From assembly GCA_039683575.1 (NCBI GenBank), contig JBDKRC010000347.1, forward strand, positions 1 to 56,969: a stretch of DNA of 56,969 bases. Reading direction: 5' to 3'. The notes under the pieces were generated by a model. That model was given only the letters and a program-made list of their open reading frames with translations, did no database searches and was not told the origin of the DNA. Below are positions 1 to 7,779 of the stretch, piece after piece (positions within the stretch are counted from its first letter, which is position 1; each line of letters opens with the position of its first letter). Made by a program: the position numbers and the translations under genes. Origin of the DNA: Armatimonadia bacterium (GTDB lineage Bacteria; Armatimonadota; Zipacnadia; Zipacnadales; UBA11051).

Positions 1-2389
1 GCAGGGGCGAGCAGCGGCCGGCGCTCATGTGGTAGGAGATCCAGAAGGGCTCGTTCTTGGCGGCGAACATCTCGCGCAGGCGGCGGTAGGTCTCGAGACG
101 GGCGCGCAGGGGGTAGGTGACGCGGCGCTTGCCGTCGGGACCGTCGTAGCCGCAGCCGTGGGCGGCGTTGGAGCAGCCGTAGGGCCACATGTCATCCAGG
201 TAGATGCCGTTGGTCCCGTATTTGTCGGCGAGGTGCTTGATGTACCAGACAAACCAATCGCCAAACTGGCCCTGGTGGCAGCAGGCGATGGTGCAGACGG
301 GGCCGTAAGAGGCGCCGCGGGCACCGGGGAGAGTGCGCATTTGCTGGTGCAGCAAGTAGTCGCCATGCCACTCCGGGAAGAAGGTGGTGTCCGTGTAGGG
401 CGTGGCCAGAAGGCCGTAGCTCTTGGCGCGCGAGACCATCTCCCTGAACTCTTCCGGGTCCTTGGGCAGCGTGGCGGTGAAGTACTCGTGGTAGGCGTAC
501 AGGTACGCAATCTTGCCGTTGGGGCGCTTGCCCTCAACGTCCGGGCGGGGGTACGGGTTCTTGCGCAGGCCCAGGAAGTACTGGCTGATCTCGACCGAGG
601 GTACCCACTGGTACGAGCGCCAGTCGGGCTGCAACGGGCGCACCGGAGTGGCTTGCAGGCCGAATTCGAGCTTGAACTGCTGCTCGATGCGGCGGGGATG
701 GCGGATGACGTTCATGCACAGGACGGTCTCTTTGCCCCGGCGCTCGATGGTGAGGGCCTCTTGGCCATCAATGTCCCAGTTCCGGTCGCTTTCAGCATAC
801 CAGCCGAGGCCGAGGTCTTCGGTGCCGAGCCAGAGGGAGGGCATGAACTCGCGCTTGAAGACTATGCCATCGCCAGCCGGGAGGCGGTCGTAGCCGAAGC
901 GCTTGGCGTCTATGCGGCCCATGGCGTTGAAGGCGTAGTACTTGGCTACCTCGGGGGAGAGGGGGATTTCGAGGGTCAGCTTCTGGACTTCGAGCGGGCG
1001 CAGGGGCTTCATGGTGAGGCTGGTCCAGACGGTGCCATCGTACCGGATGGTGAGGTCACTCGTGCGCTCGAAGGAGCCGACGCGAACCTTCCCGCGAAGA
1101 TGGGCGGTCGTGGGGGAGGAGTCGAGGACTTCGAGAGCGGCAGGGCCAGCGGCGGCAGCGTAGTCGCCCTCGGTGCGGACGGCGACGGGGCTGGAGAGGA
1201 GGTTCTGGCCGCGGGATGTGACCTGACTGAGAAGCCCAGAGCGGTCGAAAGCGTATTGGCGGCCCCAGCATTCCACGAGGTTGCCCTTGACCGCGAGAGG
1301 GGTGAAGGGGGGCAGGACTGGGTCCTGGCGGGCGATCTGGTGGGCGGTTTCGAAGGTGTCGTCGGTCTCCTTGGAGACGCGGAGGGTCTCGGTGGCCTGT
1401 ATGGCGCCGTTGCGGAGGAGGTTGACGCGGGCCTGGTAGACTGCCTGAGGGAGGGGCGTGAGGTCGAGCATCAGGGTGTTGCAGCCGGGCGTGAGCTTGA
1501 GGGTTTGCTCGGCGACTGGCTTGTCGTCCTTGAGGAGAACGAGCTGGGCGGCATCGACAGGATCGCCGAGGGCGTCGGGGTAGACGCGGGCTAGGACCTT
1601 CTGGCCGAGGACGGCGTGGGTGAGCATGACGCCGGGAACGTCCGGACTATCCGAAGCGGGCAGGTGGGCCGGGGCACTGGGAACGACACCTGCGAGAGAG
1701 GCGATCTCCTCGGCGGAGAGCATTCGGTTGAAGATCATGGCCTCGTCGATGACGGTGCGGTCACCGTTGCTCTGCCAGGCGCCGCCGAAGCGGAACTGAG
1801 GCTTCATGGGCTTGTCGGTGAGGCTGACGCCGGCGGATGAGGCGGCTTCCTGTCCATCTATGTACAGCTTCATGGCTTCGAACTTGGTCCAAGCTATAGC
1901 GAGGTGGTGCCACTGACCGGGGCGCCAGTCGGTGATGGGCTTGTAGGCCACCATCTTGGCGCGGGCGCCCTCCTCGGGGTCGACGTAGAACGCGAGACCC
2001 CAGGAACCGCTATACTTGTAAAGGAGGTAGTAGCCGCTCTCGCCGAGGGGCAACTGGAAGAAGAGGTGGTTGAGCTTGTCGTCGCCCTGCCAGTTCTGGG
2101 GCATGGCCCAGAGCGAGACGGTGCCTCGCTCGAGGCTGATGTTCCCGTCAGTGGGGTAGGTTACGGCGGCAGCACCGTTGAGGTCGCCCACGAGCAGGCC
2201 GCGGCCGACCTTGCCGGGCGCAAACTCAGGCTTGCCCTCGGGCGTGGCGGTAGTCCCTCCCGCGGCTTGAGTGGCTGTCAGGGTGTCCTCAAAGGCGGCG
2301 TAGAAGATGCGGCCAGGTGGCACGGTCTGCGCGAGGCATGCTGTCTGGATCGCCGCCAGGAGGGCGAGGAGGGGAAAGGCTCTGGGCAT
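1..2389 (-). CDS. Secreted LamG/ConA-like + DUF6067-like putative glycoside hydrolase; runs off the left edge of the window
   Basis: Absent from the ORF track because no stop codon lies in the window. Manual translation from ATG 2389 (GGAG upstream) gives signal peptide MPRAFPLLALLAAIQTACLAQ, LamG-like GTVSLW...WHHLAIAW...LYIDG...IDEAMIFNRMLS, then VLPPFTPL..VECWGRQY and GIYLDDMWPYGCSNAAHGCGY..YRRLR. Still in frame at base 2. Confidence 0.85.
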   Translation of the reverse strand, partial: MPRAFPLLALLAAIQTACLAQTVPPGRIFYAAFEDTLTATQAAGGTTATPEGKPEFAPGKVGRGLLVGDLNGAAAVTYPTDGNISLERGTVSLWAMPQNWQGDDKLNHLFFQLPLGESGYYLLYKYSGSWGLAFYVDPEEGARAKMVAYKPITDWRPGQWHHLAIAWTKFEAMKLYIDGQEAASSAGVSLTDKPMKPQFRFGGAWQSNGDRTVIDEAMIFNRMLSAEEIASLAGVVPSAPAHLPASDSPDVPGVMLTHAVLGQKVLARVYPDALGDPVDAAQLVLLKDDKPVAEQTLKLTPGCNTLMLDLTPLPQAVYQARVNLLRNGAIQATETLRVSKETDDTFETAHQIARQDPVLPPFTPLAVKGNLVECWGRQYAFDRSGLLSQVTSRGQNLLSSPVAVRTEGDYAAAAGPAALEVLDSSPTTAHLRGKVRVGSFERTSDLTIRYDGTVWTSLTMKPLRPLEVQKLTLEIPLSPEVAKYYAFNAMGRIDAKRFGYDRLPAGDGIVFKREFMPSLWLGTEDLGLGWYAESDRNWDIDGQEALTIERRGKETVLCMNVIRHPRRIEQQFKLEFGLQATPVRPLQPDWRSYQWVPSVEISQYFLGLRKNPYPRPDVEGKRPNGKIAYLYAYHEYFTATLPKDPEEFREMVSRAKSYGLLATPYTDTTFFPEWHGDYLLHQQMRTLPGARGASYGPVCTIACCHQGQFGDWFVWYIKHLADKYGTNGIYLDDMWPYGCSNAAHGCGYDGPDGKRRVTYPLRARLETYRRLREMFAAKNEPFWISYHMSAGRCSPL

Positions 2390-2503
2390 GCATGTACTCC
2401 CGGGAGGTGGTGAGGTAGTCAACTTCGCCGTGGGGGCGGGAGTTCCCTTGTTGCGACGCGATGGAGAAGATTGGGCAGGCATCGCCCCTCATACGACGGA
2501 AGG

Positions 2504-2785
2504 TTAGCCAGCGCGGGGCACGTTCCGCCGTATCTCGTTAAGTCTGCGTGAGTCGAGGCGGAACGGCCAGACGACTTCAGTGCCGTCCGGCATGGTCAGA
2601 GGGTACCCCTCGAGGGTAGAGTCGAGGCGGGAAGCACAGTCGTATTCGCTATATCTGAGACACTCATCTCGCTCAGTATGCCGCTGGGCATGAGCCATCA
2701 GTTCGTCGATCTCCAAGCCCTTGCCGCATAGTGCGCATTCGAACCTCATCAGATTGCCGACGGTCTGTAAGTCGAATCTGGACAT
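2504..2785 (-). CDS. Small protein with C2H2-like zinc-finger motif
   Basis: 93 aa ORF with GGTGAGG upstream of the ATG; motif FECALCGKGLEIDELMAHAQRH; fills an otherwise empty intergenic gap. Confidence 0.6.
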   Translation of the reverse strand: MSRFDLQTVGNLMRFECALCGKGLEIDELMAHAQRHTERDECLRYSEYDCASRLDSTLEGYPLTMPDGTEVVWPFRLDSRRLNEIRRNVPRAG

Positions 2786-3047
2786 GTGCCCTCACCGCCA
2801 CCGCCAGAGACTGACTGCCATGCTCGTTTGCTACTGTAACTTGACCGAGAGTATAGAACAATCAGGATGGGGCTGATTTCAACCTTCGTTTTGGCCTAGG
2901 TCACCACGCTCTGAAACGCACGCTGATCGTCGCTGACGCTGAAGGATGAAGCGGGAGGGCGGGCATCGCAGGAGGTGTTCTGCCTCGGGTACGGAAACTA
3001 CGCGTGGTTACCGTTGACCCTGTACATTCCTCAGCACGGGGGCTGCC

Positions 3048-5270
3048 ATGCGCACCTTACTTCTCCTCGCGGGTTTGGTCATCGCCATGAACACCTATGC
3101 AGCAGACACCGGCTACCACGGCCTCGTATGCCGGGGCGTCGAAGAATCTGGGCGGCTGGTGATTGGCCAGCCGGGCTTCGGGCCGCATCTGATCAGTATC
3201 TTTGTGACGGGGCCCAACCCTCTGTCGGCGACTCAGACGCTCAATGAGCATGTAGCCTGGGTGAACGACCCGCTACACTCATATGTGCCTGATGGGACTG
3301 GCGGCATGGTCATCTGGGCCCATCCAAGCGTACCGGCGGCGGACCTGCTCGGGGTGCCGGGTATCACTGGTTTCGAGCTCAACTATGCCGGGTCCGGCAC
3401 GGACTACGATAAGCTGGCCGATGAGATCTGGCGCGGGTGCGTGGCAGCCAAGCGACCGTTTTTGTGGGGCTATGCGGCGGATGACACACATGGCGGGGGT
3501 AAGGTCAGCCTGTCATGGTTCATGGCCTCGCTGGCCTCGCGCGACGAGCGGGCGCTGAAGGCGGCGATGCGGTCTGGGGCGCTTTACGTGAGTTGCGGGC
3601 CAGTCATCGACAAGATATCGTCAAAAGGCAGCACAATCACGCTGGAGCTGGGGCAGGAAGCGGAGGTAGCGTGGTTGCGGGCAGGGCAGTACCTGGGGCA
3701 GAAGACCCCGGGCGAGTTCTCTGTGACGACTGAGCCGGGAGAGAACAAGTGCGTCCAACTTGACCAGAAGGTGCGGACCTCGACGATTGATCTCAGCAAG
3801 CTCGGGGTGCCAGTGGGGGAACTGCAGTTCGTGCGGGCGATTGTGCGCACGGAACCCGACAAAGTCGCGCAGACCGAGCCGTTCCGGGTGCTCCCGACGG
3901 GTGAGATAGTCAACCCATATCCGGCGCAGGGAACCTGGATCAAGGGACAGACGCACAACCATTCAGACACGCCACCGTGGTCGAACACGGGACTGGCGCG
4001 GTTCCGGCTTGGCTACCAGGGGCTGGGGCTCGATGCGGCTTTCAGCACCGACTACAGCTACTGGGAGTCGCCGTACCAGTGGTGGCCTGAGGACGGGACG
4101 CCACAGGTCCTGACCGTGCGGCCGGATCGGCTGAAGGCTGGAAGCGGCGGGACGATCACGATTGAGGGGATCAACTTCGGGACGAAGCCTGTGGTGCGGC
4201 TGGGCGGGCGTGAAGTCAGGGCGACCGAGGCGACGGCAGAGCGGGTGCAGGTTACGGTGCCGGGGGATCTGGCGGCGGGGCAGTATGATGTGGTGGTGGA
4301 CAACGAGAAGTATCGCGGCACACTGGCACTGGGGTTCACGGTGCAGCAGGAGGCGAAGGGGCAGTGGGAGAGCTATACGCCCGCGGAGGGACTGGCATAC
4401 AACCGCGCGCTGTGCGTGGCCTGTCCGCCGGGGCGGGTGTGGGTCGGGACGATGTCGGGGTTGTCGCGGCTGGAAAACGGGAAGTGGGAGAATCTGACCC
4501 AGCAGAGCGGCGCGCACTCGATGTATGCCATGGTCGCGGCGCCTGATGGCGGCCTGTGGGTGGCTACGGACCGCGGGCTATCGCAATGTGATGCCGCAGG
4601 GAAGTGGACGGCGCATGTGGTTGGCAACCTCGAGAACATAGACAAGAACCGCTCCACGGAGCGCTGGGGGAAGATGACTTTCGCTCCGGATGGCAGCCTC
4701 TGGGTGATCAACCGCTGGAGCGCCGGGCTGGGCGTCTACAAGGACGGCAAGTGGGCGCGGCTGACCAAGGCGGACGGCCTGCCGGCCAATGCCTTCGTAA
4801 GCGTGGCGTCAACACCGGGCGGGATGTGGATCGGTGGGGACTACGGGCTGTTCAAGCAGGCCGGGGAAAAGTGGGAGAAGGCTGCGCTGCCTGCCGAGGC
4901 GGCTGACACTCCGTATGTCACGGCCATGGCGGCACAGCAGGATGGTTTGGTGTGGGTGGGGCTGACGGGCAAGCCGGATCAGGTCGCAGTGGCGCGCTTT
5001 GCGGACGGCAAGTGTGAGATCATCAAGCCCTCGGAAGCAGGGCTGCTGCCGGGGCGGGTGCGTGATGTGCTGGTCAGCCGCGATGGTAGCGTGTGGTTTG
5101 CGAGCGACATCGGCGTCTCGCGCCGCGATGCGCAGGGCAAGTGGAGCAGGTTGACGACGGTGAATAGCGGCCTGCTGGCCAATACGGTGCTGGGTATGGC
5201 GGAAGATGAGACGGGCGCGATCTGGTTTGCGACTTCAGAGGGCGCGAGCAGGTTGCTGTCGGCGAAATAG
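3048..5270 (+). CDS. Secreted PHP-type (CehA/McbA-like) metallohydrolase, circularly permuted, with IPT/TIG domain and Reg_prop beta-propeller
   Basis: Signal peptide; AHP, GFE, ADDTH and SGALYVSCGP motifs precede WIKGQTHNHS and STDY; IPT-like PQVLTVRP..TITIEGINFG; repeated DGGLWVAT..GLS propeller blades. Confidence 0.85.
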   Translation: MRTLLLLAGLVIAMNTYAADTGYHGLVCRGVEESGRLVIGQPGFGPHLISIFVTGPNPLSATQTLNEHVAWVNDPLHSYVPDGTGGMVIWAHPSVPAADLLGVPGITGFELNYAGSGTDYDKLADEIWRGCVAAKRPFLWGYAADDTHGGGKVSLSWFMASLASRDERALKAAMRSGALYVSCGPVIDKISSKGSTITLELGQEAEVAWLRAGQYLGQKTPGEFSVTTEPGENKCVQLDQKVRTSTIDLSKLGVPVGELQFVRAIVRTEPDKVAQTEPFRVLPTGEIVNPYPAQGTWIKGQTHNHSDTPPWSNTGLARFRLGYQGLGLDAAFSTDYSYWESPYQWWPEDGTPQVLTVRPDRLKAGSGGTITIEGINFGTKPVVRLGGREVRATEATAERVQVTVPGDLAAGQYDVVVDNEKYRGTLALGFTVQQEAKGQWESYTPAEGLAYNRALCVACPPGRVWVGTMSGLSRLENGKWENLTQQSGAHSMYAMVAAPDGGLWVATDRGLSQCDAAGKWTAHVVGNLENIDKNRSTERWGKMTFAPDGSLWVINRWSAGLGVYKDGKWARLTKADGLPANAFVSVASTPGGMWIGGDYGLFKQAGEKWEKAALPAEAADTPYVTAMAAQQDGLVWVGLTGKPDQVAVARFADGKCEIIKPSEAGLLPGRVRDVLVSRDGSVWFASDIGVSRRDAQGKWSRLTTVNSGLLANTVLGMAEDETGAIWFATSEGASRLLSAK

Positions 5271-5290
5271 CATTTGAGGGAGAGGCCTCG

Positions 5291-6145
5291 ATGGAGTACA
5301 AGGTCGAGATTTGCACGATGCAGCCGGAGCAGATTCCGTTCGGCATGACCTTGAAGGAAGCTGCCGGGTGGAACCAGTTGCCTCTGGATTGGGAGCGGTT
5401 CCAGGAGTTCGAGCCGAACGGGTGCTTCGTCGCGAGGTGCGATGGGGAACTCGCCGGCACCGCGACCAGCATCGCCTATGAGAAGCTGTTTGGGTGGGTG
5501 GGAATGGTGCTCGTGCATGAGGATATGCGGCGGCGGGGACTGGGGAGGGCGCTGCTCATGGCAGGGATCGAGTACCTGGAAGAGCAGGGCGTGGCTGCAG
5601 TGAAGCTTGACGCGACGCCGATGGGCAAGCAGCTCTATGACACGATTGGGTTCGTGGATGAGTACCTGGTTGAGCGCTGGCAGGGGCGGGGTGGGGGAGA
5701 GGCGCCGGAGGGGCTGCGGGAGTTGACGCTTGAGGACCTGCCGCAGATGGCGGCGTTCGACCGGCCCATCTTCGGCGCGGACCGCAGCCGGGTGCTGCGG
5801 CGGGCGCTGGTGGAGCCGACGATGCTTGTGGCGGGGAGCTTTGCGGATAGCGGCGAGTTGGAGGGGTACGTGGCCCTGCGGCCGGGGGCGAAGGCGATGT
5901 ACCTGGGGCCCTGGATCGCGCACCAGCCCGAGACGGCGCAGCGGCTGTGGGATTGGGCGCTCGCAGTCGCGGGAGACGCGCCGCTGTTCGTGGACATCAT
6001 GGGGCCCAACCCGAACGTGAGCGCGATTGTGCAGGCGTCGGAGTTTGAGAAACAGCGGCATCTGATCCGCATGTACCGCGGCGAGAACGTGTCGCCGGGG
6101 CAGCCAGAGCTTCAGTACGGGATCTTTGGGCCAGAGATTGGGTAA
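5291..6145 (+). CDS. GNAT acetyltransferase (YitH-like tandem GNAT)
   Basis: VLVHEDMRRRGLGRAL acetyl-CoA motif A, LDATPMG..LYDTIGF, second degenerate GNAT half; GAGG RBS. Confidence 0.9.
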   Translation: MEYKVEICTMQPEQIPFGMTLKEAAGWNQLPLDWERFQEFEPNGCFVARCDGELAGTATSIAYEKLFGWVGMVLVHEDMRRRGLGRALLMAGIEYLEEQGVAAVKLDATPMGKQLYDTIGFVDEYLVERWQGRGGGEAPEGLRELTLEDLPQMAAFDRPIFGADRSRVLRRALVEPTMLVAGSFADSGELEGYVALRPGAKAMYLGPWIAHQPETAQRLWDWALAVAGDAPLFVDIMGPNPNVSAIVQASEFEKQRHLIRMYRGENVSPGQPELQYGIFGPEIG

Positions 6146-6149
6146 GCAA

Positions 6150-6177
6150 AACGGCCCGGCGAGGTTACCGGGCCGTT
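6150..6177. terminator. Stem-loop between convergent genes (probable bidirectional terminator)
   Basis: AACGGCCCGG / CCGGGCCGTT 10-bp inverted repeat with an A-tract on the left. Confidence 0.7.
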
Positions 6178-6198
6178 CATACGCAAGTGGGACGGGCG

Positions 6199-6852
6199 CT
6201 ACGGTGTCAGGAGCGAAGGCGTGCCATAGATGCTCGTCGAAGACAACCACTTGGCATGGCCATCGGCGAAGGTGCAGTTCTCGCCACCGTTGTGCCGCGA
6301 GTAGCTGTCATTCATGAATTGCTGCGAAGTGTGGCCCGGGGCGGGATACATGATTTCATCATTGCTGTTGGCCCACGCGATCCGGCCGACACTGCTGGCG
6401 TCGAACTGATGGGAGCAGTCGGCGATGGCGATGGTCTCGGAAGCTTTGGTGAGTTGGGCCAGTGACTTGCCACCGAGTTGGCCGTTCCAGCCGTAGTGCG
6501 GGCGCACGGGGAAGGTCCATTGGTTGTAATTGAGGGTCAGGGTTCCCCCGCGACCGCCGCCGGTGGGGCAGATGTAGAGTTGGTAATTCTTGACGTAGGG
6601 GTAGACGCATGAAGCCCAGAAAGGCCCAGGGGGACTGTACTGGGAGTCTGCGTACACGCTGGTGAAGAAGCGCTCGTCGTAGTCCTGGACATAGGCCATG
6701 AGAGCAGTGGCGAACTGGCGGCAGTTGCTCAGGCAGCTTGCCTGCCGTGCCTTTTCTCGGGCCTTGGCGAAGACAGGGAACAGGATCGCGGCCAGGATGG
6801 CGATGATTGCGATAACGACCAGCAACTCGATTAGCGTGAAACCCTTTCTCAT
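6199..6852 (-). CDS. Prepilin-type N-terminal cleavage/methylation + H-X9-DG (DUF1559-like) protein
   Basis: [41 protein letters not shown]...[26 protein letters not shown]. Confidence 0.95.
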   Translation of the reverse strand: MRKGFTLIELLVVIAIIAILAAILFPVFAKAREKARQASCLSNCRQFATALMAYVQDYDERFFTSVYADSQYSPPGPFWASCVYPYVKNYQLYICPTGGGRGGTLTLNYNQWTFPVRPHYGWNGQLGGKSLAQLTKASETIAIADCSHQFDASSVGRIAWANSNDEIMYPAPGHTSQQFMNDSYSRHNGGENCTFADGHAKWLSSTSIYGTPSLLTP

Positions 6853-6942
6853 TGTGAACTCCTCGACCTGAATGATTTGTCTCGTGGTCTACCAGAATAT
6901 TGGCCCCCTGAGCATTTCGACCCCTGGTGCGTGATTCCTCCT

Positions 6943-7779
6943 ATGATAATACAGAACGCTGAGACATCACATGAAGTCCACCTCGGCGATTGCCGTGACA
7001 TGACTGCCGTCGGCGATGAGACAGTTGATCTCATCGTCACCTCCCCGCCGTACTGGTGCATCAAAGACTATGGTCACCCCGGGCAGATTGGCCTGGAGCA
7101 GAGCTATGAGGATTACCTGGCGGCGCTGGAGCAGGTGATGGGGGAGTGCTTGCGGGTGCTGCGGCCGGGATGCCGGTTTGGGCTGAATATAGGGGACCAG
7201 TACCTGCGCGCCAGCGAGCACGGGCGCTATCGCATCCAGCCGATTCCCGCGGACCTGACGCTCACCGGGCGGCGGCTGGGCTTCGACTTCATGGGCAACA
7301 TCATCTGGCGCAAAATCTCCACGACCAACACCACAGGCGGCGGGGCGATGATGGGCTCGATGTACTACCCCAAGGACGGCCACGTGACCTATGAGCACGA
7401 GTATATCCTGCTATTTCGCAAGCAGGGCAACTGGCGCAAACCGTCGGTGGAGGCGCGGGAGAAGAGCAAACTGACGAAAGAAGAGCGGTCGCGGTGGTTC
7501 CGGGGAGTGTGGGATGACGTCGCGCCGGACCGGCAGAAGGGGCATGTGGCGATGTTCCCGGTGGAACTGCCACGGCGGTTGATCCGGATGTACAGTTTCT
7601 GGGGCGAGACGGTGCTGGACCCGTTCATGGGCAGCGGCACGACAGCACTGGCCGCGGCGCTGGAAGGGCGCAACTCGGTCGGGTATGAGCTGAACGAGGA
7701 GTTCCTGCCGCTAATCGAGCGGAAGGTGCGGCAGGGGACGGAGACACAGCAACCGCGCCTCATGGGCACCGACGAGTGA
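6943..7779 (+). CDS. Beta-class N4-cytosine/N6-adenine DNA methyltransferase (orphan)
   Basis: GDC, catalytic DLIVTSPPY, HVAMFP.ELPRRLI, and SAM-binding VLDPFMGSGTT after the catalytic motif (beta order). Start set at ATG 6943 rather than TTG 6877. Confidence 0.92.
   Translation: MIIQNAETSHEVHLGDCRDMTAVGDETVDLIVTSPPYWCIKDYGHPGQIGLEQSYEDYLAALEQVMGECLRVLRPGCRFGLNIGDQYLRASEHGRYRIQPIPADLTLTGRRLGFDFMGNIIWRKISTTNTTGGGAMMGSMYYPKDGHVTYEHEYILLFRKQGNWRKPSVEAREKSKLTKEERSRWFRGVWDDVAPDRQKGHVAMFPVELPRRLIRMYSFWGETVLDPFMGSGTTALAAALEGRNSVGYELNEEFLPLIERKVRQGTETQQPRLMGTDE

Noticed and set aside
29-1594. 521-aa plus-strand ORF
   Set aside because: Antisense shadow of the real minus-strand gene at 1-2389; no recognisable motifs.
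6199-6852. Diversity-generating retroelement acting on the prepilin paralogues
   Set aside because: No reverse transcriptase and no near-identical template/variable repeat pair in the window.
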